Shown here: one piece after another, positions 1-11,940 of the stretch
How positions within the stretch are numbered: the stretch's first letter is position 1
Layout: every line of letters starts with the position of its first letter
DNA from: Dicyema japonicum
Lineage: Eukaryota > Animalia > Dicyemida
DNA: 64,000 bases
Reading direction: 5' to 3'
Assembly: GCA_011109175.1 (NCBI GenBank)
Contig: RDEW01000019.1
Span: forward strand, 127,229-191,228
Program-made: the position numbers and the translations under genes
The notes under the pieces: model-generated
Told to the model about the DNA's origin: nothing
The model's database searches: none
What the model saw: the letters and a program-made list of their open reading frames with translations, nothing else

Positions 1-643
1 AAAAAAAACTAGGATTCCTTCTCGGTGACACCGAAGATATTATACGAAGGAAGACACTAACTAATGTTGATTTCAAAAAATTGAAGAAGACCTGGCTTCT
101 GCACAAAGGACTTGACCCTAAAACTCGAATGAGACAATACAATGCCCTAGTGAGGCCAATCCTATTTTATAATGCCGGTACATGGGCATGTACAGGGCAG
201 GAACTCAAAAAATTGAATTTTTTCACAGAAATCATCTCCGAGCACTCCTTTCTTCCCGAAGCTTTTTCAAAATGCCGTCCGAAATCTTATACAAGAGAAC
301 AGGAACTGAGCCAATATCATGTGATATTACTGATTCAAAATGGAGGCTCTTTGGACACATACTCCGCCACGATATGGGGACCCCTGCCAACATAGCAATG
401 GGGGAGTATTTTGTCTTAGAGGCTTCGCGTTTCCGCAGCCGGCCGAGGATAACACTGTCGGTAATCCTAGATGAAGATCTCAGGAGGATTGGAAAGTGCC
501 TTAAAGATGGGGATGATCTAGATATGCTACGGAACATGGCAACGGATCGAAAAAGATGTGCGATATTAATTAGATTGTTCACCTTTCGTGTTGCACATGC
601 TTTGTCATGATCTTGGCATCGCGGACGTGCCTATAATAATAAT
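1..643 (+). mobile_element. RTE-clade LINE, 3' part of RT ORF with frameshift, 3' UTR and (TAA)n tail
   Basis: KKLGFLLGDTEDIIRRK, YNAGTW and WRLFGHILR...RPRITL motifs across two frames; the end (gttgcacatgctttgtca...ataataataat) matches the RTE at 17572-18622. Confidence 0.9.
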
Positions 644-1165
644 GTGTGACCATAAATGGAAACTCAGTCCCCACGACCAACTTGGTCAAGATACTGGGAG
701 TAACATACGACCCACTCTTGACCTTCAGCAACCACATCGACGACGTCATCTCCTCGGCACAACGAAAGCTTAATTTTGTTAAAACACTCCTTGGACAATA
801 TAATGGGTGTTTCAACTCAAATTTGGACTCGCTCTACGTGCAGTATATTCAACCTTCTCTAACTTAGGGGTGTGCTGCATGGAAAACCAAACTATAGAAA
901 AAATCAACACATTCCAAAAATGGCTAGTAAGGCTCTGCAAAGGTTTTCCCAGTCACCTCTAAGCCCTACACCATTTGAGGAATTAGTGAGGAAAACTGGA
1001 GCCTTACAAATCCCCAAAAAGTTAGAAACCCTTGCCCAATCCGGAAATGTGTTGGAACCCGGGAGGAACACCGAGCAAGAATGGGATGGCTAGTCGAGGC
1101 GGCCGGAATCACCTGACGGCTATGTAGTTATTTTATTTGTCGGTGATTTTTGGTTTTAATAAATA
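644..1165 (+). mobile_element. 5'-truncated APE-type LINE (I/Ingi/Jockey-like), RT thumb to 3' end
   Basis: INGNSVP...KILGVTYDPLLTFSNHI...RKLNFVKTL; the 3' end ggaatcacctga...ggttttaataaat is shared with other copies (1925-2830, 37120-37450). Confidence 0.75.
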
Positions 1166-1924
1166 AGAGTTTGTTAGTCATTGATTTCGTTTATCTTAGA
1201 TTAGTGGTTATTGCTGTCTCCACAAAATCAAAACGATACATCATTTTCGGCAATTACTTTTTGTGATAAACTAAGAATATTTGCTGAAAGAAGACACAAT
1301 GCTGAAAATAATGGAAGAGATCGATTAATATCTGTGTTGATGGTCTTAGAAGTCATGAGAAATCAGCCACAAATCTGGAATGTATGAAAGACGCAAAATG
1401 TCATGATGGATACTAAGGCTGTCGATACCTATAGTCTTAGAGGATCGTGGTAGAAATGTCATGAAATATGATGTCTTGAAGAGAAAGAGGATCGTGAGCT
1501 CGGTGCACACAAAACTTTTCGAAGTTTGAGTCACTTGGGAGGGGACTTATTTAGATTTCCCTAAAGTGAATGCAGGCTGTATCAGTTCCTCGCCGATCTT
1601 TAGGGAAAAAAAATATTTCCGTAAGAAAAACAGTGAGTCAGTTTGAAAAAATGATTGAAATGTGACTTAAAAAATATGAACTTTTAAGACCTGGAAAATT
1701 AAATATGACTTTAAATATGAACTTTTAAGTTCATGCAGTTAATGTGTGTTAACTCAATTTTGTAAAATTTATTGAAATAAAGCATCAAATAATTTTTAAA
1801 ATTTTCATCATTAAATTTCTATCCTTTTCGAAAGAAGTTTTATTTATCATGAAAAACTTCTTTCTACCAAAATAGTCAGGAAATGCGTTCTCAGTTATGA
1901 GAGCAATCAGCAGTTGTCAACTGT

Positions 1925-2830
1925 TTATTTTATTTATTTAACACCCAAGACCACGGTAAAACCAAACTAGCTATCACGTGATCCCGATGTGTTCCACCAA
2001 AATCCTCATCCTTTTCCGGTGCTCCTCCCTCGTGCCAACACAAGCTCGTACTGGGCGGCTGACTGTATTTCCAGAACCACCTTCCCGCATGCCGGAATTT
2101 AGTTTTATGAGGGCCTCCAGAGTAGTTAGTCCGGTTCTGTGTCTCCCACAAGTCCATCGCTCCGTGACTCTAAAAGCCTTCTTTTGAACGTTTTCGATTT
2201 TTTTAGTATTCGTCCATAATAATGAAGGTCCACACGAAGCACATGCGTACGAGAAGCATGGTTTAATGTATTGTTTGCAAATATTCATCAAGACCGGGTG
2301 GGTACCTGTCTTCCATATTCCAGATAAACATTTCAATACATTGATTTTCTCCTCGCACTTCAGAACAATGTTTGTCACGTGTGGTGACAAACATAAGTGC
2401 GTATCCAGTGTCACACCTAGGATCTTCTGACATTTGCTGAAGGGGATTTTAAGGTGACAGTCTTCTTCCCCAACAATTTGTCTGAAGTAAACATAGACGT
2501 TACTGACTTTCTGGAATTTACCGTGAGTCGGTTCTTCATTACCCAGGCGTTGAGTCGGTCCAGGTTAATTTGTAGTCTTTCTGTAGCATTTTGGATATCC
2601 CGATCACACGAGGCCAAAACAATGTCATACGCATACAAGAGTAGAACATCATTATTGGATTCTGGTGTCAGGGGGTCGGCCAGGTATAAATTGAATAAAG
2701 CGGGGGATAAAGAAGATCCTTGGGGGACACCGTTTGGGAGAAGACGCGAGACTGATTTCAGTCCTCCGAGGCATACACGTCCCCTTTGTCCACTTAAGAA
2801 ATTTGTTGTCCAAAGTTTAAGCTTCCCGGG
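1925..2830 (-). mobile_element. APE-type LINE RT C-terminal half, degraded, with (AAAT)n-like tail
   Basis: GVPQGSSLSPALFNLY, LYAYDIVLAS (YADD), TLDTHLCLSPHV...KINVLKCLSG...CKQYIKPCFSYA; ORF ends EHIGIT*. Confidence 0.85.
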
Positions 2831-3074
2831 ATCTCCGACTGGAAAATTTTCTTTGATAATATTTTTCTCGAAACTGTTAGTTTTTGCTTTAAATAATTTG
2901 GTTTATTAAAAAAAAGTAGTTGTTCCAGGACACTTCAAAAAGTTTGCAAAAAATTTCGGACAAAACTCTTAATTTCGAATTTTTGATATCTTGGCTTTTT
3001 TTCAAAATATAATTTGATATCACACGATCCTGCTCAAATTTGATTGAATAATGATAAAAAATAGCTGTGCTTAT

Positions 3075-3240
3075 TTTTTTATTTCATTTTTATTTTTAAG
3101 ACCACGGTAAAACCAAACTAATTATTAAGTGATTCCTATGTGCTCTACTGGAGACCTCATTTCGGCCCTGTGTTCCTCCTTCGTGTCGGCGCATGACCGT
3201 ACGATCGTATCGAAAGTTATTCTGGATTCTTTCAAGTGAG
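3075..3240 (-). mobile_element. Short 3'-end copy of the same APE-type LINE
   Basis: accacggtaaaaccaaacta and the EHIGIT* end match 1950-2050. Confidence 0.8.
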
Positions 3241-3357
3241 CGATGACTGTCAAGTCAAAGCATCTTAGATGCGTAAAACCTTCAGCCTGAATGCACAGCG
3301 GCGAGATTAGAACCAAGGGACTTCAGGCCTTTTGTCCGGCACTTATTACAGTCTGCC
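3241..3357 (-). mobile_element. tRNA-derived SINE, head plus partial body
   Basis: Minus strand reads agtgccggacaaaaggcctga...ggttctaatctcgccgctg...gaaggttttacgcatctaagatgc, homologous to copies at 48930-49130 and 58949-59235. Confidence 0.75.
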
Positions 3358-3514
3358 ATTGTGTGGAAGGTATGGAATCAAAAAGTCAGCGGTTGAAAAA
3401 AGGATTTTAACTATATACTTAGAGCAGGGGTTCCCAATCAGGAAAACTCTATTTCTCTTTGAACAAGAGAAATATCTCAAAGGAAACATTTAAAGAATTT
3501 ACAGTGGATCAGTT

Positions 3515-4070
3515 CTCCACCTGATATTAGTTTAGTAGTCAGTTAATGCACGTCCGCGTTGCCAGTAAGCAGTGTTTATGGTTTCGCTTGTACCATGTTT
3601 TCGACTATTCGTACCGTTAGCCTTCTCCATCCCATTCGTCGTCTTGCTTGCCTCCTGAATTCGTCCAGATCGTCTGCATCTATCAATCGACCCCCAATCA
3701 CAACATAACCCTCCGGAAGTGTCTTGGGAAGACAACCTCTTGGATGTAGAAAATTTAGTATGGCCGAATAATTCTTCCATGGCGTCATAGCAGGGTGTTT
3801 CTCAACTCATCCGTAGAATATGTCCAAAAAGGCGCCTGCGGGCTTCAAGTACGCTCAGACTTATTGGTCCACAATCAGTCAGTATAATTTATTATTTGAG
3901 ATTTTCTTTGGCCAAGAATATCCAAGGAGTTTTCTTAGTTGGCCTCTGTGAAGTAAGTCGAGTTGTTCCATATCTTTCTGTGATGCTCCCCAAGTAACTG
4001 CTTTGCACATCTCCTCCTGATATGGTAAGGAAATCTTGTCGCGTAAGCTAAATAAGAGATATTAATTGCC
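3515..4070 (-). mobile_element. RTE-clade LINE 3' fragment, degraded
   Basis: TWGASQKDMEQLDLLHRGQLRKLLGYSWPKKISN, RLFGHILR, DADDLDEFRRQARRRMGWRRL. Confidence 0.75.
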
Positions 4071-4649
4071 AATGAGTGCCACGTATCGGATATTAAAAAA
4101 CCACAGTCGAGATTAAACCTTAAGAATAGCTATAATTTATGATTCCATGTTTCTGGAGTCATCATTAAATTCATTCTTGATGATGGCTGTCCTATTTTGA
4201 ATAAATAAAATTTTTTGACATTCTCTAGATTAAGGACTAATCCTTCCTTGACCCAAACTTTATTTATTTAAAACCTATTTTGGAAAATACAAATTTTCGG
4301 TCTCTTCTATTTTGGGACTAATCCTTCTTTGTCCGTTACTTATATTTATTCGAAAAAAATCATTTTTACTTCATAACAGAGATTTATTAGAAATCTTTAC
4401 CCCGGCAAACTAACAATGACCCTTATAGTTTCATGGGAGAATGATGATATTTGATTATGTTTGGTTGAGTACTAACTGTTAATAGGACAGTTCCCGGAAA
4501 AGCACCGTGTAAAGCTGAGGCACTACCGGTTTGCGTTGGTATCACTTAGTCACGGTTTAACAGTGATCTCAGTTTATTAATAATAAACCCCTATGAATGC
4601 GAACAAACGTCTTCAACTTACGAACTGAGTCCTTAGCATTTCTTACCCA

Positions 4650-4870
4650 CAAGTATATCCTTCAATACACCAACAAGCTCTCTTTAGTATGTTTTACCCA
4701 ACAACAACCCTATCCTAAAAACCTACGTCAGGGGAGAGATGACGGACGCCTTTCTTTAAGATATCCGACTAAGGATCGCTTCGAAGAGAACCCCGCGAAG
4801 GATTTGGACTGAAACTCGAAATGGCAGTGATCAGAGGGAACACTCACAATCTTGGTCTCTTAGTCGTTAA
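4650..4870 (+). mobile_element. CRE-clade element 3'-end remnant
   Basis: ...EMAVIRGNTH corresponds to LAVVRGNSH at the end of the CRE copy at 51100-53095. Confidence 0.5.
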
Positions 4871-4998
4871 TTTCAATATTTTACATAAAACAACCCTTTC
4901 TCAAAAGAATAGAGTGACCAATTGGTTGACCCCATAACCACATTCATTTTGTAAATTCTTTTATTAATCTCAATAAAAACCAAAAAGTAGAATCTTAA

Positions 4999-5625
4999 CT
5001 AATTCTTTTGATAAGTGAACTCTTCCACTTTGACATCTCGGTTCACCAACGAATACTTATAAATGGTGACCACCGAATGCTGAATGTCCAATAAAAGAAA
5101 TGTGGGAATCGGAGATCTAATAAATAGCCATAACTACATATTGAGAAGACTAAAGGCTCCAGTAAAAGTCCCCGGATTAATGAATAGTTTGCCATCCATT
5201 TGATCAATCTGGGGACTATGGGTATGACCACTTATCAAGATATCAACTCCTAATTTTCGTTGCATGAATAGTAAATTTCCCTTATCCCCCCATGGAGGAA
5301 GCTACCTATGGATAAAACTAATAAATCTACCTGATGTCCATGCCACATTCCAATCCTAAAGTTTGAGACTGTACAGACCACGTGGTCAGGAAGACTCTGA
5401 TTGTCGTCAAAATCACCCCGTGAAATGTAAAGTTCATTACTTATGCTTCTGAGGTACTCCAATGTGGTTTGCGAACATAGATTTCCCGTGCAATACACAT
5501 TTTTTATTTTTCCTGTTCCTATAAGTTTTTTGAAGGGACCAGGGACCTCACCAGATCTGAAAGGAATGAATACGTCTCCAATTACTAAACTTAACTGCGA
5601 TATTAAATAACACAAAAACATTCAT
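4999..5625 (-). CDS. VPS29: Vacuolar protein sorting 29 (retromer subunit); introns 5595-5619 (25 nt), 5302-5330 (29 nt), 5117-5137 (21 nt)
   Basis: Spliced product MNLSLVIGDVFIP...GKIKNVYCTGNLC...RGDFD...HGHQLPPWGD...DILISGHTH...FINPGTFTGAFS...PTFLLLDIQ...VKVEEFTYQKN* matches the VPS29 phosphoesterase-fold sequence; all introns GT-AG. Confidence 0.95.
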
Positions 5626-5849
5626 TACGAAATCAATATTTAAATCAGTTATTTTATTGTTATATTATTTATTTTATTAAATTTACTTTATTTAATAAAT
5701 TTTATCATCTTATGTCCCTAACGGGAACACCCAAGTGGTGGGGAAAAGTTGATGACATTTTTCATTTATTTTCGGAATGGGCGACACCTTTTCGGGTGAG
5801 CCACTAGGCATCACGCTATGCACATGTGATTATTCTCTCAAGGATGAGA

Positions 5850-6000
5850 GAAGGCTCTTTCGTGACGATATTATGGAAATTGTTTACGCCGATAATGTTG
5901 ACTTAGTCTCAAGTAACAAAGATCACTAAGACGTTTCATGGAGGTAGCACCAGACCACCCGTCTAAATGGTCTTTATTAATGAACGCTCCTAAGACTGCC
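5850..6000 (+). mobile_element. RTE RT fragment
   Basis: EIVYADNVDLVSSNK matches IAYADDVDFTSNDK of the RTE at 17.8 kb. Confidence 0.5.
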
Positions 6001-6344
6001 AAATAGTAATATTTTCCTATGAACCTTGATCTCCAAATTCATGGAAGAACTTTTGGATCATTCGTTGAGATTAGACACTGCGTGTTGGGGATGCACGTTA
6101 CCTGAATGCGATCAAACGTTGATGGGGAAGCCGAAGTATTTTAGATTACGAACAGTTATGCTTTGAGAGTGAAGAAATATTCTAATCATTATCCTCGACT
6201 GCTTATTTAGGACTGTCTATTGAATTCATGTAGCGGTCACAGAAAGGATGCACTACCTTGGGGCTGGGTTCAACTCAAAGCCTAGCTTTCTGGAACACTC
6301 TGTCCTCATCAAAAGACAGAATATGCAGCTTAGCAGAAATGTCT

Positions 6345-6562
6345 GAGTAAGGTGTAATTTGTTTAGTATCGTAAAGGAATTCAAAATACCATTATTATTT
6401 AATAATAATAAAGATGGGGACCAAATTAAATAGGATAATAAAATAAAAAACTCGAGTAAGGTGTAATTTGTTTAGCATCGTAAAGGAATTCAAACTACCA
6501 TTATTATTTAATAATAATAAAGATGGGGACCAAATTAAATAGGATAATAAAATAAAAAACTC
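6345..6562 (+). repeat. 109-bp tandem duplication, two mismatches
   Basis: gagtaaggtgtaatttg...aaaactc occurs at 6345 and 6454. Confidence 0.9.
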
Positions 6563-7314
6563 CTAAAAAATTTCAGAAGTTTAAAATTCTCACTCAGTAA
6601 AAACAGAATCGACTTCCACCCTGGCAGTCTCCCCCAGGAAATCAAACACAAGGTAATCTTTGAAGATAAGTGGTCAAAACATATTCAGTTACGGTACTAA
6701 CGAAAAGAAGTTCTGAAACAATAGGCTCTGGAGGTCTACGCTCCAAGATCTTGTTGTCTTCAAGGATTCGTGTGGTGCGAGTAGACACAAAGTCGTGTAT
6801 ACTCTTGCTCCGTGTTTTGTCGTTATAGCTCTCAATGATGAGTTTTTACTTGTGCAGGAAGGAAAGTGATATGTACGGAATCCAGCTTGGTAAGCCATAA
6901 CTTCATCTTTATGAATTGTTTGTACGCGCTATACATTTTTTATTAGTCGTTTGAGTACACAGCTGATATAAGGACATTTGATTTTTTTTTCTTTAGTGCA
7001 AAATGATATACATGTTTGTCAACGCAGAGAGGTGGACCAAAGACGACTCTGAATATTTTAGGATGTTTGTCTACTGAAAGTAATTCAGGGATAAAATAGT
7101 CATTAAAGATTTTGATGGATTCCATAGAGTAGGAAAAATCCAGTTTGAGATGATAAGTAGGAATAGATTTCAAAAAATTGTACATTTTCTGAGGCACTTA
7201 GGACGTTTCTATTTCTTTATGCAATTATGAGATCCTCTGTGTAGGTAGAAGTCCGAAAACAAATTCATCTCTACTTCCAACAAACTTGTGGAACTAATAT
7301 GTGATTATACGGTT

Positions 7315-7560
7315 ATACAAACTAGCTAATCATGTGATCCTAGCACGCTCTAGCAGGGAACTCATCTATGCCCGATGCTCATCCTTCGGCCCCACACAAG
7401 CAAGTATCGGTCGAGTGACTGGAGCTTCGCAGGCACTGCGGCGTGTTCCGTAATTCATTCGTATCAAGGTTTCAAGTGGTAATAGTGGCTAAAACTCTCC
7501 AGCGTTCCGTAATTTTGGAGGCTCTTTTCCGGCTAACCTCGATCTTCAAGACATTTGTCC
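7315..7560 (-). mobile_element. APE-type LINE 3'-end copy
   Basis: TLETLIRMN...RPILACVGPKDEH...ERARIT* parallels TLEALIKLN...RPVRACVGTREEH...EHIGIT*. Confidence 0.7.
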
Positions 7561-7758
7561 AAGAGATGAATGGATTCCATATACCACATACATAAGAGAT
7601 GCATGGTTCAATGATTTGTTTATATATAGTGCTAAAAACAGAATGCTGTGAGGCATATGGATAAGTAGATATATCTTTAATTTATAGTTTAATTATTAAT
7701 TAATTTGATAATAATAAAATTTAGAAATTTAAATTTTGAACGTACCTTGTGGTATTTC

Positions 7759-8601
7759 ATGGGGAATAAGAAACCAAAGCAGCCAAAAAGGAAGACAGTG
7801 CTATTACATCCCTACAAAACCTACGAGACTAAATCAGAATGCGAAAAAGACCTTCAGATTTTCACAGAAAGAAAAATACTGAATATATTGAAAGAGTAAG
7901 CCAATTATATTCAAACTACTCCCAATTATCTATTTTCTACTTGTAGGATGATAACAAATAACAATCTGGCTTTTCCTAAACTTATAGATTGGAAGGGGAA
8001 GGACAAAATTCAGCGACACGAAGAACTCCAGCACCTGCATTCCCAAGAACCCTCCAAAGTGAGGAAAATGAGGTTACTAAGGCTTTAAAATGGTTTCAGA
8101 GATATCTTCTGTTTTGGATTTAACGCTGTCTCAAAAATGCTGGAAGGAAATAAACTGCAGGTGGTCATGATTGATCCCCGCTCCGATTTTACCACAGCTA
8201 CAAAGCATTTGTACGACCTCGCCTTGACATCCCCGAATTGCAGGGTTACATTTGTCGCGGATATGTCGAAGGAACTTGCCCCCCTTCTCAGATTTAAATC
8301 CCTTTTGGCACTCGGGGTCTTTTGGAGTGTAAGGATTTACCTTAATGTGTGATAGGCCGACTGTGAGGACGTTGAGCTGAAGGAATTCATGGGGTCTGTT
8401 AGACATGTCCGAGAACTTATTGGTGAAGTTAATAGGAGTGATGCAATGGACTCTTCTCTTGCTTTTCTTCCACCGACGGCAGATGGACTTATTTCCAGTG
8501 TTTTATCATCAATTGTGTATCATAAAACGAAAACCGGATTTATGAAGTTTAACCCACAAAGGAAGAAATTAAATAATCGAAATACAGTCAACCCCCATTA
8601 A
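7759..8601 (+). CDS. RPP38: L7Ae-family protein, RNase P/MRP subunit p38-like; introns 7896-7946 (51), 8073-8099 (27), 8329-8355 (27)
   Basis: GFNAVSKMLEGNKLQVVMI...KHLYDLAL...MSKELAPLLRFKSLLALG aligns by eye with the RPP38 L7Ae core (GVNEVTRALE...SHLIQLS...LSERIAPVIGLKCVLAL); basic C-terminus; introns GT-AG. Confidence 0.8.
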
Positions 8602-8701
8602 TCTGATCAAAAAAATTGGGAGCTATTCGGATTGTGAAGGCAATAAATATACTAATTTCGTTGTAATTAATATTTGTGTTTTTATATATCATAATAAAAA
8701 A

Positions 8702-9177
8702 NNNNNNNNNNNNNNNNNNNNNNNNNNNNNNNNNNNNNNNNNNNNNNNNNNNNNNNNNNNNNNNNNNNNNNNNNNNNNNNNNNNNNNNNNNNNNNNNNNN
8801 NNNNNNNNNNNNNNNNNNNNNNNNNNNNNNNNNNNNNNNNNNNNNNNNNNNNNNNNNNNNNNNNNNNNNNNNNNNNNNNNNNNNNNNNNNNNNNNNNNNN
8901 NNNNNNNNNNNNNNNNNNNNNNNNNNNNNNNNNNNNNNNNNNNNNNNNNNNNNNNNNNNNNNNNNNNNNNNNNNNNNNNNNNNNNNNNNNNNNNNNNNNN
9001 NNNNNNNNNNNNNNNNNNNNNNNNNNNNNNNNNNNNNNNNNNNNNNNNNNNNNNNNNNNNNNNNNNNNNNNNNNNNNNNNNNNNNNNNNNNNNNNNNNNN
9101 NNNNNNNNNNNNNNNNNNNNNNNNNNNNNNNNNNNNNNNNNNNNNNNNNNNNNNNNNNNNNNNNNNNNNNNNNNNNN
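8702..9177. other. Assembly gap (476 N)
   Basis: Run of N. Confidence 1.
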
Positions 9178-9390
9178 TCATTCCGTGGCAGGCCTAGAGT
9201 GACGTTGCCTTCAGTACTATATGATGACCTAATCCGAATAAACAAAACTCTACGAAATAATGAAGACCTTGACTCACTACGAGCAATGGCCCGGAACAGG
9301 GGAACATGGAAGAGGATGTGTGGGAGGATACTGATGGGAACTTAATTAATCTAATTAATTTTTAATTTCCCGGGAGTGCTTAAAAAAAAT
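9178..9390 (+). mobile_element. RTE-clade LINE 3' end
   Basis: FRGRPRVTLPSVLYDDL...EDLDSLRAMARNRGTWKRM; the downstream sequence matches the reverse complement of 26505-26605. Confidence 0.8.
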
Positions 9391-9502
9391 TTTTTAAACT
9401 ACACAAAACAGCATATTACAATTTATGGATAAAAATTACTAAATTAATTTTTTATCAAAATAACAGTATCTTATCAAATATGCTCTTTTATATTAAAAAA
9501 TG

Positions 9503-10415
9503 TCAAAAATGACCTGTTTTTTTTGCCAACTCGCAAGTGATTGTAACTTTCTCTTTTTGAGGATTTTCCCACGATGCACCATCATAGTAAAATAAATATG
9601 ATATGTCCACATCATGTATTATATAAACCCCTCCACCAAAAGCACCAATTTCACGGTGGTTAGTGCCAACAAAAAAAATTGAATTCTTCCATTCGGAATT
9701 TTGGTTTGATAGTCCATCAACTCCAACGAGGCTGTATATTTTCCAATGTGAAGATTGGTGGAAATCATATTTAAGGTAAAAGTCATAATTAACCGAACTC
9801 ACATGCATTACATCAAAAATCATTTTTGATTGACCAAAGTTCACTCCAAAAAGTAAGGAGGTTCCTAAATTCGTTAAAATCAAGAAAACCCAGGATATAT
9901 AAAATAATCAGAATACCAGTCATCATAAACTGCTCCTTTCTGTAAAACAATTTAAGTTCGTGATTTCTGTTTTTGAAGATTATGGGTTTGGGGGAGGAAT
10001 TAATCTTTTGATTTTCCCTCGAACGATTTTTGTTTAGCTGGAAAGGCAGGATTGGGTGTGGATACTTTGGATTAGTTCGACCTATCACTCTAACCTCGAC
10101 TTTGTGAGTTTCCCTCGAACGATTTTTGTTTAGCTGGAAAGGCAGGATTGGGTGAGGATACTTTGGATTGGTTCGACCTATCACTCTAACCTCGACTTGG
10201 TCGTTGAAACAAAGTTTGAAAGTCCTGTGGGGGATGTATTCTTCGGCAGCATTCAGTTGGGAAACGTAAAAATGAGTTGTGGCTATTGGAAGTGTATTTA
10301 TCGCTTCTTCAGAGTTTACATCCTGAAAACTGCTGGATGATTCAGTATAAGAGTCAGATGATTCACTAAATATACTGTGGATTTCAAAATCATCATCTTT
10401 GTACATTTCAAACAA
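9503..10415 (-). CDS. Orphan coding region: acidic Ser-rich N-terminus, in-frame 96-bp internal duplication; exon structure unresolved
   Basis: 200-aa and 126-aa overlapping ORFs; the 5' part is repeated at about 10520-10745; no family recognised. Confidence 0.45.
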
Positions 10416-11045
10416 AAAACGTGTTGTATTATTTATTAATTTTTATATCTATTTTTGACGATAACATTTGAAGACAAATTTAGAATTTTGTCAAATAACG
10501 TTTCTGCATTAAACAGGACTTTAAANATGTATTCTTCGGCAGCGTTCAGTTGGGAGACGTAAAAATGAGTTGTGGCTATTGGAAGTGTGTTTATCGCTTC
10601 TTCAGAGTTTATATCCTGAAAACTGCTGGATGAATCTTCAGTATAAGAGTCGGGTGATTCACTGGATATACTGTCAATTTCAAAATCATCTTCGTACATT
10701 TCAGGCAAAAAGCGTGTTGTGTTATTTATAATTTTTTGTATCTATTTTTGACGATAATAATTTGATTGACATTTGAAGACAAATTTAGAATTTCATTAAA
10801 TTTCGTTTATTTCCCTACGGGCGTTGAGCAAGAAATGGGAGTCACCCCTTATGATCGCAANATTTCAAAATCATCTTCGTACATTTCAGGCAAAAAGCGT
10901 GTTGTGTTATTTATCATTTTTTGTATCTATTTTTGACGATAATAATTTGATTGACATTTGAAGACAAATTTAGAATTTCATTAAATAACGTTTATTTCCC
11001 TACGGGCGTTGAGCAAGAAATGGGAGTCACCCCTTATGATCGCGA
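10225..11045. repeat. Nested near-identical tandem blocks (10225-10440 vs 10520-10745; 10678-10857 vs 10862-11043) with single Ns at the junctions
   Basis: Direct sequence identity; N at 10526 and 10861. Confidence 0.85.
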
Positions 11046-11280
11046 GTCCTGGAAGAGCCATCGTCTCATTCTAGGCTCTCCCTTCATTAGTCCTGCAAGC
11101 CGTCCGATCAACCTGCTTACTGAGACGTAGCTGAGCCAGGCACACAGACGTCATAACAGAGATCGGTTGGATTGTGAACCGATCTCCAATGTCGCAGTAC
11201 TTCCTCCTTTTCGAATCTTCAGCAATATTTGCTGGGGGACCAACGTAACGATGACTTGAACAGTTTCGCATTGGAGAATG
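11015..11280 (-). mobile_element. CRE-clade 3' fragment
   Basis: KRRKYCDIGDRFTIQPIS...RWLFQ..LAIIRGDSH. Confidence 0.7.
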
Positions 11281-11559
11281 TGTTACTTACTGTCGGAGAT
11301 AATTTATAAGTATTTTTAACATCCTCGGATATATCTGAAAGAGGTTTTATACAGTTCCCATGGTCGGAATGGAACGCATCCTTTCCATTGCGGTAACCCC
11401 TCCACTTGAGTAGGAAGAGAAGGATTCTTTTTTGATGGATCCATGACAGATCCTATCCCATAACCCCTCTTAAAAATTGAAGAAGGAATAAAGCTAAGAA
11501 GAATCCTAACTCTTAATGACTGGGTTTGAGGGGTTAGTTATCGCCATTCCGAACTAAGT

Positions 11560-11940
11560 CTCACCGGGAATTGAAGGATGACGTTTTTACAGCAATCGAT
11601 TACGACATATCTTAAGCTAGATTGGCTCAAATAGCCAGCAGCGTTCATGGCGATCTTCTGTTCGGGTAGAAATCCGATTCTGTGGATGACTCAGGAATTC
11701 TAACCTCGCAGACTCAAGGACACCAGACTTTACGACCACTAGCGGAACAAACAGAAAATCCTCCATTGTACATTGGAAGATTATTGTTTGCAATTGTTAC
11801 ACAGATCCACAGTTTTTTAATATTCCATACCACCTCCTCATGTACAATAGCTTAAAGAACATTCTAAAGTTGGAATGAGCAGACTTCCCCCATCTAAATG
11901 TGGCTGCAGTTCCTGATGATGCAACCGAAAGGACCAATTT
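11560..11940 (-). mobile_element. CRE-clade 3' fragment
   Basis: DFLFVPLVVVKSGVL...EDRHERCWLFEPI. Confidence 0.6.

Noticed and set aside
8588-9245. Three long ORFs in the supplied track
   Set aside because: They are open only because they cross the 476-N gap.
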